Source: a virus
Strand: one strand, 5' to 3'
Virus record (IMG/VR): IMGVR_UViG_3300004481_000330
Location: 1-36,723 of that record
Length of the DNA: 36,723 nucleotides
Within the stretch, counting starts at the first letter, position 1. Each line of letters opens with the position of its first letter. Shown one piece after another: positions 17,228 through 27,024 of the stretch. A model generated the notes under the pieces. It searched no databases. It was not told where the DNA came from and saw only the letters and a list, made by a program, of their open reading frames with translations. The translations under genes were made by a program, and so were the position numbers.

Positions 17228-18172
17228 TCAGCTCAGGTCAGCAATGATGCCGTGAGCAGCTTCGTTTTTGACTTCCAGAGTCAATTCGGCCAACAGTTGG
17301 GTCTTCTCGCTGTCGCCAGTCTTAGCCAATTCAATGGTTTGGAAAGGACGCAGGTAAGCCACAGCCAGCATATCGGGGTCGATAATGAAGGCGGTTTCAT
17401 CGCAAGCGTTGGTGCTGTTCATGAAGCGGTTAGGAACCACAGACATTGTGCCGAAGTCGCTCATGTACACATCAGCAGCGCCGACGATGGTTGTTGGCTC
17501 GTTAGAAGGAGCCATGTAACGCTGAGCAGCGATACCAGCGAAAGCCGAGACCAATTGCTTGTGAGCAGGGTTGACCATCAGAACTTTGGGGTTGCCACCA
17601 GACTGATACACCTCTTTGACAACCACTTTCAGGATGTCTTCAGTGAAAGTGCGGTCAGTACCATCGGTACGAGCAGTCGTGCCAGAAGCACCAGCCACAC
17701 CAGAAGTGCCGCCATCATAGTTGCTGTTCAACCATGCTTGCAGACCACCCATAGTGCGAGCAGTGCTGGAGTTACCAGCGGCAGACAGTTGGTTAGACAA
17801 CAGGGTAAGTTCAATGTTGCGCTTCAGTTCAGCCGAAACTTTGGCCAGTTGGTAAGCCTTTTCAGACTTGCGACCAGCTTTGTCGATAGCTTCCAAAGTG
17901 CCAGCCACAGCCACAGATTTAGTGAAGATCTGAGTGCGGTTGCCAACGCGAGTGGTAGGCGAAGCGGTGATGGACGAAGCGTCAGCACCTTCCACAGCAC
18001 CACCCAAAGCAGCGGCAGCCAGGCTGTCGGTTTGCCATTCGTGGTAAGTGGCAGTAGCTTTAGTCTTGCCAATCGACGACATCAAAGGAGTGTCGGTGGG
18101 GGAGATGTCATAGATAACATCAGAGAGGTCTTCACGCTGGCCAATGGCCGTGTAGGTTTGATAGGTTGCCAT
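17228..18172 (-). CDS. major capsid protein
   Basis: The N-terminus TAIGQREDLSDVIYDISPTDTPLMSSIGKTKATATYHEWQTDSL is a hallmark of a common podovirus and siphovirus major-capsid family. It sits after the scaffold gene and is followed by a terminator. Confidence 0.85.
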   Translation of the reverse strand: MATYQTYTAIGQREDLSDVIYDISPTDTPLMSSIGKTKATATYHEWQTDSLAAAALGGAVEGADASSITASPTTRVGNRTQIFTKSVAVAGTLEAIDKAGRKSEKAYQLAKVSAELKRNIELTLLSNQLSAAGNSSTARTMGGLQAWLNSNYDGGTSGVAGASGTTARTDGTDRTFTEDILKVVVKEVYQSGGNPKVLMVNPAHKQLVSAFAGIAAQRYMAPSNEPTTIVGAADVYMSDFGTMSVVPNRFMNSTNACDETAFIIDPDMLAVAYLRPFQTIELAKTGDSEKTQLLAELTLEVKNEAAHGIIADLS

Positions 18173-18190
18173 GTTAAAAGCTCCAAAAAA

Positions 18191-19141
18191 TTAAAGGAAT
18201 CGTTCAAATGCTTTTGCTGCGTCTTGGACTTTGCCGGTTTGACGTAGCCGTTGCATCACTTGTTTCTCTTGTGCTGTCTTTCCACTTGGCGTTGAAGTTC
18301 CAGGCTTAAGCATCTTGGGAGCTTGCTGAACTTTCTTCAAAGTTTCAGGTTTGCCCTTCTGAAGTTGCTCAAACTTCATTGCCTTATACAAAGTCAACAC
18401 TGCACGATGGTCATACACTGAGGCGAGTTCTTGATCCGACCATCCAACAGACTTTGCATATTCACGGATTTCTTTCCGGATAGCATCACCTTTTGGCGTA
18501 GCCAGCTCTGGGATAACAGACGTCAGCTTCTCAGATTCAGCCTTGAGATGGTTTTGCAGGGTTTGCTGTTGTTCCGCTTGTTGCTGTTGAGCAATGCGGT
18601 TTTGTTCAGCACGAACAACTGCCAACTGTTTCTCACGCTGAGACTGTTCTGCTACCTTCACGGCATAACCGATAGGGTCTGTCTCTTTCAAAACTTCCAA
18701 ATCCTCACCCTTATTCTGCTGGCTCAAGAAGCTATCGAGTGCTTGCAGTTTCTGGGCGTAGGCCATACGCTCTTGTTTCACTTGCTCAAGATGTTGGCGT
18801 TCAGCTTCAATAGCCTTACGCTGTTCAGCAAGAGCTTGAGACTTTTGGGTGTAATCCTTGCTTCGTTGATAGCCGTTAATCAGTTCGTCAAGTTCAACCT
18901 CGACTTCCTCACCACCGACTTTAGCTTTGTAGCGGGGTTTTACTTCCTCTACTTGCTCCTCTGATTCTTCCGAATACTCGGCTTCCTCAGATTCAACTTC
19001 ACCACTGGCTTCAAGTTCTTCGGTTGATTCTTCCGGTTGGCCTTCAGAGGCTCCATTGTCATCACCCATCAAACTCATAAACGCAGATGCGGCTTGGTTT
19101 ACGTTTAGGCTTTCACTCCCCGAGGGGTTGGTGTTTTCCAT
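18191..19141 (-). CDS. scaffolding protein
   Basis: Very acidic N-terminus (EESTEELEASGEVESEEAEYSEESEEQVEE) and long coiled-coil stretches. It lies immediately upstream of the capsid gene. Confidence 0.7.
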   Translation of the reverse strand: MENTNPSGSESLNVNQAASAFMSLMGDDNGASEGQPEESTEELEASGEVESEEAEYSEESEEQVEEVKPRYKAKVGGEEVEVELDELINGYQRSKDYTQKSQALAEQRKAIEAERQHLEQVKQERMAYAQKLQALDSFLSQQNKGEDLEVLKETDPIGYAVKVAEQSQREKQLAVVRAEQNRIAQQQQAEQQQTLQNHLKAESEKLTSVIPELATPKGDAIRKEIREYAKSVGWSDQELASVYDHRAVLTLYKAMKFEQLQKGKPETLKKVQQAPKMLKPGTSTPSGKTAQEKQVMQRLRQTGKVQDAAKAFERFL

Positions 19142-19191
19142 AGTTCATCTCGAAAATCGCTGGAAACCGTCCAGACAGCGGGTGAGTTTCC

Positions 19192-19431
19192 TCACAGAAT
19201 TCGCCACTTTTTCTCTTGGATCTTGGTTTCTGCGGCAATGCCTTGCAGGTGTCCAAGAAACAGATCAAGCGTCTTAATGTGACTGTAAGCAGCTTCTCGC
19301 TCCTCAATCTCATCTCGATTCGTGTTAATTATCACACTAATCTGCTGATTTTTCAAATCATCCATGACTTTCTTGAAAAAGTCATCGTTTAGCAGGTTGT
19401 TTGCCCACTCAGCTTGCAGTTTTTTATCCAT
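19192..19431 (-). CDS. hypothetical protein (79 aa)
   Basis: Start set at the ATG at 19431 (MDKKLQAEW...), with an 8-nt overlap with the upstream stop. The track's longer version would overlap by 56 nt. Confidence 0.5.
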   Translation of the reverse strand: MDKKLQAEWANNLLNDDFFKKVMDDLKNQQISVIINTNRDEIEEREAAYSHIKTLDLFLGHLQGIAAETKIQEKKWRIL

Positions 19432-21274
19432 ACTGGCTTTGTATTCCTGAAATGATGCTGGCCAAAGAAGCTGGTGCATTGTTTAGCTGGCCAATCGTTT
19501 GATTCATGTTAAACGCTTGAGGATTATTGCGGCCAATGCTTGCAATGATGTCATCAATTGACATTTGATTGCCACCAATACTACCGATCTTTTGACTTGT
19601 ACTAACTTGAGGCAATGAGTTCATCGGCATATATTGGTTGTTCAGCGTGTTAACCAAGTTAGAAATGTTCATTGGCTGAACAGCAGGATTTTCCCACTGT
19701 GTACCTTTAAGCAATTCTCGTGTACCAAAATCAACAGGCGCAGAAGCTGTGAATGCTTGGCTGTATTCTGGAGACATCCACTCAGGAGGAATAGGAACAA
19801 TTGGATAACCAGACGATGTGTCGCTAGACGATCCAAGAACTTCATTGGCAAGCAAAGCACCAACAGCAGCAGGAGCCAATGCCTTAGCAGTATCAAGCAA
19901 AGCCAGCTTTCCGGAAATGTCTTCAGGTTGCGCTGCTACAACATCAGGGATTTTTACTTCAACATTTGGAGCTGGTTGATTGATAAACGATTCAGGATCA
20001 CCCAATACTGGAGCAGGTTGATTTGCAACCAAACCGATACCAGCATCAGGAATAGGCAAAGAATAATCAACTGGCTGATTTACAACATCAATCACTTCAT
20101 TGATTGTTGGCACTTGAATACCTTGAGCACCCATGTCAGGCAATACAGGCGAACTAGTTGCCAGCGAATAATCAGGAGTGAAAGACGTATCAATTGCAAC
20201 AGGAGGAGCAAGCTCAGGAAATGCATTGATTACATCAAGCTCTGTTGGAGCTGTTGACGAATCATAACCACCAGGCTCAACACTTTTCAAATAGTCTTCA
20301 GCAGCAGCAAGTTTTGCTTCATTGATACCACCAGAGATGCCACCCAGAATAGCGCCTTGCAAGAAGTCACCACCCTGCAATTCAGCCATCGTACCGCCAG
20401 TGATGGCGTTGGCAGCAATGTTTCCGGTAGTGCCGCCACCAAATGCGTTGGAGATCTCAGGACTCACGCCACTGGCAATCTGACCACCAACATACGATGT
20501 GACAGCAGCTTTAGCCGCATCCTCAATATCTTTACCTTGAGCAAGTTGCAAAGCAGCAGAACCAAGTGGCCCACCAAATGTAGCTGCTGCAATATTGGCT
20601 GCAACGTTCAAGATTGGATTGTCGCCAAGCAAATTAGCAAGGTCATTGCTTGAGGCAGCAGTCGTGTAAAAGTAAGGGTTTCCGTTCTGATCGAACTGAA
20701 CTCGATAGCCAGTATTACCATCACCAGCAAATGTGCCACCCCAAGCATTGCCTGTTTGACGTTCGCTATATGTGTTGGGTACAACCTGACCAGTTACTTT
20801 GTTGCCATACTTTGTTCCAGTCTTAATTGAAGGAACACCATTGTCCATGACAATTTGTGACTCATCTGCTGGAATAAAACTTTGTGTGAAATACTCCAAA
20901 TCACCGTTGATTTGAGGTACTTTGACGTTTGTACCGTAAATTGGTTTTCCGCTATCTGTATAGCCGCCAATCTCTAATTTTTGATACGTTGGAATCTCGC
21001 CAAACTGGTTAATGTTTGTGATACCAATTCCGGTCAAGATGTCCGCCATGGAGGACGCATTCGCTTGTGGGGAGCCAAACCCCTCACCTGACCATTTGTC
21101 TGTCGTGCCTTGTGCAAGAATCTGATCTCGCAAAGTGTCTCGAACAGCAACTCGTTGTTGTTCAGCTTTGTATTGCGGTGTTTCTTTCCAAGCGGCATCC
21201 GATGCATCTTTTTGCGCTTGGGTGTAGTAGCGTTGACCGTTCAGGCCAAGAAATCTGGGGCCGCCTGCTGGCAT
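19424..21274 (-). CDS. Gly-rich virion protein between portal and scaffold (ejection/minor head protein candidate)
   Basis: 616 aa. The central glycine-zipper-like hydrophobic region (AANIAAATFGGPLGSAALQLA...GGQIASGV...GAILGGISGGI) suggests membrane insertion. No family recognised. Confidence 0.5.
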   Translation of the reverse strand: MPAGGPRFLGLNGQRYYTQAQKDASDAAWKETPQYKAEQQRVAVRDTLRDQILAQGTTDKWSGEGFGSPQANASSMADILTGIGITNINQFGEIPTYQKLEIGGYTDSGKPIYGTNVKVPQINGDLEYFTQSFIPADESQIVMDNGVPSIKTGTKYGNKVTGQVVPNTYSERQTGNAWGGTFAGDGNTGYRVQFDQNGNPYFYTTAASSNDLANLLGDNPILNVAANIAAATFGGPLGSAALQLAQGKDIEDAAKAAVTSYVGGQIASGVSPEISNAFGGGTTGNIAANAITGGTMAELQGGDFLQGAILGGISGGINEAKLAAAEDYLKSVEPGGYDSSTAPTELDVINAFPELAPPVAIDTSFTPDYSLATSSPVLPDMGAQGIQVPTINEVIDVVNQPVDYSLPIPDAGIGLVANQPAPVLGDPESFINQPAPNVEVKIPDVVAAQPEDISGKLALLDTAKALAPAAVGALLANEVLGSSSDTSSGYPIVPIPPEWMSPEYSQAFTASAPVDFGTRELLKGTQWENPAVQPMNISNLVNTLNNQYMPMNSLPQVSTSQKIGSIGGNQMSIDDIIASIGRNNPQAFNMNQTIGQLNNAPASLASIISGIQSQYG

Positions 21275-21283
21275 ATGTTCTCC

Positions 21284-23425
21284 TTAACCTGGGATTTCAA
21301 TGTTTGATGTAATGCCAGCGCCAACCTTCATGGCTTTCAACTGAGCTTCTGCTTCAAACTCTTGCTGCTTCATTGTGAAGTGCATATTCATCTTTTCACG
21401 CTCAAGCTGAAGTTTTGAGGCTTCTTTTTCACGCAAGATCTGAAGTTCAGCCTGTGCTTTTTCACGTTGCAGTTGCAGCTCAAGAGCAGCCTTTTGGCGT
21501 TCAAACTCCAGATCAGCTTGCATCTTTTGCTGTTGCATTTGCATATCAGCTTGAAATTTGGCCTGTTGAGCCTGAATGTCAGCCTGTGTCTTTTGCATCA
21601 ATGCTTGGACTTCAGGTGGCATTTGTGGTGCTTGCTGAGGAGGATTAGACAATTGCTGATCTTGCTCAGGAGTGATTGGCTTGAAGAACTCAGCAGAGTC
21701 TTTAAAGCCAGCAGCTTCAACCATACGGCCCAAGGACGAGCGATACTGACCCAAAGACACCAATGGGTTAGCAGGGCCAAATTGAGCCAGCATTTGCTCT
21801 TGTTTAGCCAAAACCATTTGCAGCATTGCCATCTGTTGATCGCGGTTGCCATTGCCCAAACCGACATTCACTGTCAAATCATACTTGTTTGCCCAAGTAC
21901 GAGGATCAATGGCCACAAACTTGCCACGCAGACGAATAATTCGCTCTTTCTGCTGGTACTTAGTCACCAAGTGCAAAATGCCGTAGAACAGGTCACGCAC
22001 ACCAGTGTCAGCAAAGATACGAGCGATCATCTCGATCTTGCCAGCGCCAGCTTGTTGCATAGAAGCAACAGCAGCAGCAGTCACGTTTTGCAGGATAGAA
22101 GCGTCAAGACCTTGGCTTGCGTCAGTCACACCAGTACGCTTGGATTGAACTCGATCCAAGTATTCCAGCATTGGGAACGACTGAGATGCAACATTCTGCA
22201 CATTCAGTTGAGTAACAGCGCCTTGAGACTTGGCACGAATCACACCACCAGCAGTAGATGTCAGCAGGTCATCAAGGTTGACTTGGCCTTCAACAGCAAC
22301 CACACGGGCGTTGTTGGTCAGGTACAAGTTATCCAACATTTGACGAGTAACAGTGGTTTTAATCAGTTGCAGGTCGATAGTGCGATCAGCAAGCGAGTTA
22401 CCAAAGAACTTGTGCGGAATTGGAATTGGGCAAACTGAATAGAAGGGAACATAGTCCGATTCTTCGTCGCTCAGGATTTCGTTGCCAGCGTAAAACACTT
22501 GGCGCAGTTCAGCAATGCCATCACCGTCTTCGTCAGTGCGAATGTAGCACTCAAAGACTTCGATCTCTTGCATTGCCTTGTCTTCGGCTTGTGTATCGTA
22601 TGGCTGTTCACCAGGGCTGAAACGAGCCACGCGCTCAGGCGTATAAGCCAAAGCATCACCAGAAGGAAGACTGTTCACCGTGTCTTCATCAAAGCCCATA
22701 GCGATCAGATCACTGCGGGTAATCATTCGGCGGTGAGCAACAAAAGGCGAGGTGTTGATCTTGCTGCCCTTCTTGGAGATCAAGAATTCCTCTGGAGGGA
22801 CGTTTTCAATGACAACCTTACCAGTGGTCACTTTCTTGCTGATCTTGACATCATGGATGCCATACATGGCTTGAGTGCCATCCTCATTGAATACAGGATT
22901 GCCCATTGGATCAAGCACTGGGAACTCTTGCGTGTCTTGCTCGACAATCTCCAAGTCTTTGTCTTGCATCATCAAGGCAAGCTCATCATCAGAAAGACCT
23001 TGATAAGTCTCTTTGGTAACGTCTTCCTTGTCTTCCCAATAGGCTTTGACAATGCCGTTCTTTTGCAGCAAAGCATCTTTAAACCAATCGTGCATCAAGA
23101 TCACGCCTTGGTTGTCTTCTAAAAAGATGTAGTTTAGATAATCAGTAGCCTGTTGAGCGCCAGCTTCATCGCCAGGGCCATTAGGATTGGCCAAGACGAT
23201 TTCATCAGAACCTGTGAAGATCCGCATTAAAGGTGGCATTGCACCATCAATGGCTTCAGCGACTTCACCAGTTACGATTGAAGACTTGCCTTCAACTTCA
23301 TTTCCGTATGGCTGACGGAGATAGGCTTGAAGGGCTTGCTTGCGTTGCTCTACCGTTTCGCTCTCAATAAAGCCGATAGAGTTATCAATTTCAGCTTGGA
23401 GAATCGCTTTTAGGTTCTGACTCAT
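21284..23425 (-). CDS. portal protein
   Basis: 713 aa directly downstream of terminase. The N-terminal pattern is QRKQALQAYLRQPYGNEVEGKSSIVTGEVAEAIDGAMPPLMRIF. A long C-terminal Gln/Lys/Glu coiled-coil barrel resembles P22-type portals. Confidence 0.9.
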   Translation of the reverse strand: MSQNLKAILQAEIDNSIGFIESETVEQRKQALQAYLRQPYGNEVEGKSSIVTGEVAEAIDGAMPPLMRIFTGSDEIVLANPNGPGDEAGAQQATDYLNYIFLEDNQGVILMHDWFKDALLQKNGIVKAYWEDKEDVTKETYQGLSDDELALMMQDKDLEIVEQDTQEFPVLDPMGNPVFNEDGTQAMYGIHDVKISKKVTTGKVVIENVPPEEFLISKKGSKINTSPFVAHRRMITRSDLIAMGFDEDTVNSLPSGDALAYTPERVARFSPGEQPYDTQAEDKAMQEIEVFECYIRTDEDGDGIAELRQVFYAGNEILSDEESDYVPFYSVCPIPIPHKFFGNSLADRTIDLQLIKTTVTRQMLDNLYLTNNARVVAVEGQVNLDDLLTSTAGGVIRAKSQGAVTQLNVQNVASQSFPMLEYLDRVQSKRTGVTDASQGLDASILQNVTAAAVASMQQAGAGKIEMIARIFADTGVRDLFYGILHLVTKYQQKERIIRLRGKFVAIDPRTWANKYDLTVNVGLGNGNRDQQMAMLQMVLAKQEQMLAQFGPANPLVSLGQYRSSLGRMVEAAGFKDSAEFFKPITPEQDQQLSNPPQQAPQMPPEVQALMQKTQADIQAQQAKFQADMQMQQQKMQADLEFERQKAALELQLQREKAQAELQILREKEASKLQLEREKMNMHFTMKQQEFEAEAQLKAMKVGAGITSNIEIPG

Positions 23426-23561
23426 GTGATGCCTTTGGAGGTCGCCCGACCTTTGGGCGTTCTGAGGATTGTAATGCCTTTACCACATTTTCAAGCATTT
23501 CAATGCGCTTTTCAAGAGCATCGACCCGTTTGGCGTTTGTAATATCGCCTTGTTTCATCAT
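23391..23561 (-). CDS. small coiled-coil protein with a GRPPK motif (56 aa)
   Basis: Hand-translated: MMKQGDITNAKRVDALEKRIEMLENVVKALQSSERPKVGRPPKASHESEPKSDSPS. It fills the TerL-portal gap and overlaps the portal start by 35 nt. Below the track cutoff. Confidence 0.35.
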   Translation of the reverse strand: MMKQGDITNAKRVDALEKRIEMLENVVKALQSSERPKVGRPPKASHESEPKSDSPS

Positions 23562-23567
23562 GTACAT

Positions 23568-24818
23568 TTAGACCACCCATTTTGCTGGTTTGTTGATAGA
23601 TTTGCCCCATGAACCAGTGTTTTCATCCAGTCCAACAGCAACGTAACGCCAAGCATCGGCAGCGTGTGAGTGCTGGTCGTGCAGTGGCTTATTCGAGAAC
23701 ATCTTGGTGTTTGGATCAACGTCATAGCGGTAATGGCGCAGGTTTTGAAGGCCATCAGCGCATTTAGTTGAGTCAATAAAACACCGACCAAGAAGCGTTC
23801 GTGCAGCGTTAATACCGTCTGCAATCGACAGTTTTGGCGTGATTCGGATAGGTTTACCCATGCCTTCAAGAATATCCTTGACCGATTTACCAGTCATATT
23901 CTTGTTCTCAGCATCGTGAGGCAACCACCAATCCTTGTAGATATAGCCCTTGTCTTGCAAGACTTGAGCGTAATGGTCAATGGTTTTCTGGCAGTTTTGG
24001 TAGAAGTCAATAACTCTAACTTCACCACCAGCAATAACTTGGACAAACCATATAGATGTCATGTCAGCCCATCCCAAATCCCAAAATGTTTGAACTGGAA
24101 TGGATTTGTCAATAATCAGGTCACGGATTCGGTTGTCTTCTTGAGCCTTACGCAACTCATTGGCATAAACAGCGCCATCCAGCATTTGGCGGGTATGGCC
24201 TTCCCATACGTTTAGGTAAGAATCCATGTTCTTAACCTTCAGGTCTTCCAGCTCGTCTTTCAGGACTTGAGGAAACCAAGGATTGTCTGACCAGTTGACC
24301 TTGGCGACTTTGGCACTTGCTGGAGGGTTGACCACGAAACGCTTGTAAGTCTCGTCTGTGTCCAGGTCAGGGTTAAACGTCACCCATATTTCAGAGTCAG
24401 GCTTGCGAATCGTAGGGATTAGCGTCTCCCACGATACCTTTGAAACAGCTTGACCTTCTTCGATCCAGCAGATGTCCACACCCTCAAACGACTTGATGGA
24501 GGTGACGTTGTGCTTCAAACCAGCAAAGCTGAACTCAGACCCGTTCTTTCCGTAGATAGCTGTGCGCTGTACGTCAAAGAAGGATTCAAGCCCCATAGCC
24601 TTGATCTGGTCGCCCAATAGAGCAATCACTGAGTCAGAGATAGAGTTCTGCAACTCACGAGCGCAAAGGATACGGGTTTGCTTTTGGACAGCAATGGCGA
24701 TCAATGCCCGAGCAACCGACCAAGACTTGGCAGACCCACGCCCACCATAGAGAATCTTGTATCGGTGCGGCTCAAACAGGAATCCCAGTTTTTCAGGAAA
24801 ATCCAGTTCAAGATTCAT
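23568..24818 (-). CDS. terL: terminase large subunit
   Basis: Walker A motif YGGRGSAKS, a Walker B-like ICWIEE, and C-terminal nuclease-like acidic motifs. Start set at the ATG at 24818 (MNLELDFPE), with an 11-nt overlap with terS. Confidence 0.93.
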   Translation of the reverse strand: MNLELDFPEKLGFLFEPHRYKILYGGRGSAKSWSVARALIAIAVQKQTRILCARELQNSISDSVIALLGDQIKAMGLESFFDVQRTAIYGKNGSEFSFAGLKHNVTSIKSFEGVDICWIEEGQAVSKVSWETLIPTIRKPDSEIWVTFNPDLDTDETYKRFVVNPPASAKVAKVNWSDNPWFPQVLKDELEDLKVKNMDSYLNVWEGHTRQMLDGAVYANELRKAQEDNRIRDLIIDKSIPVQTFWDLGWADMTSIWFVQVIAGGEVRVIDFYQNCQKTIDHYAQVLQDKGYIYKDWWLPHDAENKNMTGKSVKDILEGMGKPIRITPKLSIADGINAARTLLGRCFIDSTKCADGLQNLRHYRYDVDPNTKMFSNKPLHDQHSHAADAWRYVAVGLDENTGSWGKSINKPAKWVV

Positions 24819-25146
24819 TCGGCTTAACCAGTTTGATCTGAATGCCTGAAACTTCGATAGGCCCACCACCGTCACCAGTCATCTCAGTGCGGCTCAGTTT
24901 AGGCGTAGCGTATTCAGCCATTTGAGCCAACAAAGTCAGAGCGCCTTTTGGGTCTGCTTTCAGCTCTTTCTCTGGATTTCCTTCGGCAACCTCGTATAGC
25001 CACTTAGAGACGTTTTCAGCGTTATCCTCTAGCAACCTACTAACTGTCTCTCTAAACGTCTTGGTGGCCTTATTAAGAGAACCTGGAGGCCTTCCTCTGC
25101 CCTTGCGAGCTTCAAAGCCTTCGTTTTCTTCCCGTAATTTATTCAT
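24808..25146 (-). CDS. terS: terminase small subunit
   Basis: 112 aa directly upstream of and overlapping terL. It has a basic DNA-binding N-terminus (RKGRGRPPGSLNKATKTFRE). Confidence 0.65.
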   Translation of the reverse strand: MNKLREENEGFEARKGRGRPPGSLNKATKTFRETVSRLLEDNAENVSKWLYEVAEGNPEKELKADPKGALTLLAQMAEYATPKLSRTEMTGDGGGPIEVSGIQIKLVKPNES

Positions 25147-25184
25147 TTTGTTTTGACTCCCGTAGGTTGGTCAAGGTTAGGGTT

Positions 25185-25225
25185 TACCACAATGGTTTAT
25201 TTACACAACTCTATCATAATGGTTT
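25185..25225. repeat. two 14-bp direct repeats upstream of terS
   Basis: taccacaatggttt (25185-25198) and tatcataatggttt (25212-25225) match at 12 of 14 positions and start 27 bp apart. They lie in the 236-nt gap before the terminase operon. Confidence 0.5.
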
Positions 25226-25242
25226 GTCCATAGGAGAACAAT

Positions 25243-25401
25243 ATGAAAATTGTAGTAAATAAACCTACAGAATATGTCATTGACGTTGAGCTTGATGATG
25301 AAGCCCTTGCGCTATCGGATGATGATCTTTCCGTCTTTTATGAAGAAGCGATCTACAACCTTCAGTCTGCATTGCTTACGCTTCAGTCAAGTAATCCTTG
25401 A
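25243..25401 (+). CDS. small acidic ORF on the opposite strand (52 aa)
   Basis: AGGAG (25232-25236) lies 6 nt before the ATG at 25243. Sequence: MKIVVNKPTEYVIDVELDDEALALSDDDLSVFYEEAIYNLQSALLTLQSSNP. It overlaps the 3' end of the convergent 488-aa gene by 19 nt. Confidence 0.3.
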   Translation: MKIVVNKPTEYVIDVELDDEALALSDDDLSVFYEEAIYNLQSALLTLQSSNP

Positions 25402-26849
25402 CGCTTTTGATCTGCCAGGTAACGGTAGTAGCGTTCGATCATTGGCTCGTCAATGATTTGCGATACACCTTCTTTGCGCTTCTCAAGAGCGCCAATTGCC
25501 ATGTTTCTGATGTCGCCTTTTTTACCTGCAAACTCATTTGACAGAAGTCCAAATTTTTCTGCCATTAAAACTTCAGCAGGAATACTTTGCCCAAGTGTTC
25601 CTTGATATTGACCAGTGAAATCTGTGTTGTACGTTCTATTTGCCGATGGCCGCAAATGCATACCCTCTGGCGTTGTCATGATGACTGTGTTTCCAACATA
25701 TCCCTTTGGTACACCAAGTAGCGCCTCATCTGTAAGAGCTGCACTTACGTCTTCAGCATTAAAGCCAAATCGCTCTTGGTTTCCCTTCATATAGAAACGA
25801 TCAGCAATTGCTTTGCGGAGTTCTCCAGCAGTTGAATCAATACCTTCACCAGAGTACATCTGGATTCGGCCTTCTTCACTCATAATGCCCTTAAAGCCCT
25901 TGAATGGCTGAATGATTTTCCTGTCTTCGCCTTTTCCTTTAGCTATTTTGAAATTCCTGATGCTGTTATCAAAATCTTGAATTTCTGACTTTTTCAAATT
26001 TGCTTTGTCTGCAAAATTTAAAAGCACTTCTGTCGGCATCACAGAGAAGTTCTCAGAACCAGCACCCATTGTGATTGGCAAATGCAGAATTTCACCCGTT
26101 CCGCCAGCTTCAATGTTTTCCATCCTGGCAATGGCATCACGGTCACGAATGCGCTTTGCAATGCCAAGATTAGATGCGCCAGCAATTCCTTGCTCAATGT
26201 GTGCCAAATCTCGAGCATAGTCCTGCCCACCATGCGTGATAACAGGGCGCAGCAATGATTCGTCAGAAATTCCTGTGATTTTGTAATTTCGACTTGTGCT
26301 GTCCCAAGGCATCAACATAACGCTTGCGCCTTGATAATCCTCAAGTTTTAGCGGAGTTTTTTCTGCCAAACCACCAAGATATTCACGCTCAAAACGAGTT
26401 CCAACAGTTGGGTCTGGTTTCAATGGCGTTGATGGTCGATATACATTGCTTTGAGTACCTGTGGCCAAAGCATCCAGCAAACTTGCTGGCATACCGCCAC
26501 GCTCCATGATCTGCGGGACAGCACGTTCAGCAAGACGTTCACCAGCACGACCAGCGGCCATTGCAGCCTTGTTTGCGCCACTTGGAACAGGCAGCAACGT
26601 CATCAGAGCTTCGGCAGTTTCTGGTCGAAGCGCAGGAACGTTTGCTTGCTGAAGGTTTGTCAGTGGATCGCCGTATGCAAATCGCTCTACGGTCTTTGGA
26701 ATACCTGTGCTTTCCAATAAACCAGCCAAACCTTGCATTTGTTGGGTGCGGCGAGGATCGCGCATATACCCCAACAATCCGCTAATCAGGTCGTTTGCAG
26801 TACCAGCAGCAGAATAACGATATGGAGTTGCACGAATCCCATCAGCCAT
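25383..26849 (-). CDS. large ORFan (488 aa)
   Basis: Start set at the ATG at 26849 (MADGIRATPYRY), one nt after the upstream stop. No motif recognised. Composition is coding-like throughout. Confidence 0.7.
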   Translation of the reverse strand: MADGIRATPYRYSAAGTANDLISGLLGYMRDPRRTQQMQGLAGLLESTGIPKTVERFAYGDPLTNLQQANVPALRPETAEALMTLLPVPSGANKAAMAAGRAGERLAERAVPQIMERGGMPASLLDALATGTQSNVYRPSTPLKPDPTVGTRFEREYLGGLAEKTPLKLEDYQGASVMLMPWDSTSRNYKITGISDESLLRPVITHGGQDYARDLAHIEQGIAGASNLGIAKRIRDRDAIARMENIEAGGTGEILHLPITMGAGSENFSVMPTEVLLNFADKANLKKSEIQDFDNSIRNFKIAKGKGEDRKIIQPFKGFKGIMSEEGRIQMYSGEGIDSTAGELRKAIADRFYMKGNQERFGFNAEDVSAALTDEALLGVPKGYVGNTVIMTTPEGMHLRPSANRTYNTDFTGQYQGTLGQSIPAEVLMAEKFGLLSNEFAGKKGDIRNMAIGALEKRKEGVSQIIDEPMIERYYRYLADQKRQGLLD

Positions 26850-26850
26850 C

Positions 26851-27024
26851 TTATTTCCCCTTATAGCGGCCCATCTTTTTGGCAGCTTCACTCATAGCAA
26901 TAGCAATCGCCTGGTCACGGCTCTTAACGACTTTGCCGCCAGAACCAGAGTGCAATTTGCCTTCTTTGTATTCGCCCATCACTTTGCCAACTTTGGCTTG
27001 ACCGACTTTATTCATCTTCATCAT
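26851..27024 (-). CDS. small basic protein, DUF6496-like
   Basis: KVMGEYKEGKLHSGSGGKVVKSRDQAIAIAMSEAAK matches the recalled DUF6496 signature. Only the 3' third of track ORF 26851..27327 is taken as coding. Confidence 0.65.
   Translation of the reverse strand: MMKMNKVGQAKVGKVMGEYKEGKLHSGSGGKVVKSRDQAIAIAMSEAAKKMGRYKGK

Noticed and set aside
17252-18247. A 331-aa plus-strand ORF covers the whole major capsid gene in antisense.
   Set aside because: Its codons are exactly in phase with the capsid codons (17252-17228 = 24). Antisense stops therefore arise only from sense TTA, CTA or TCA codons. The capsid gene simply avoids those three codons. The translation is Ser/Arg/His-rich and not protein-like.
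8566-23122. Other long antisense ORFs lie over late genes: 8566..9195, 9222..9911, 18431..18964, 19634..20257, 21467..22438 and 22499..23122.
   Set aside because: All are codon-phase-aligned with the minus-strand gene they overlap, since every coordinate difference is divisible by 3. The explanation is the same as for the capsid: the late genes avoid TTA, CTA and TCA. This is a codon-usage by-product and not evidence of genes.
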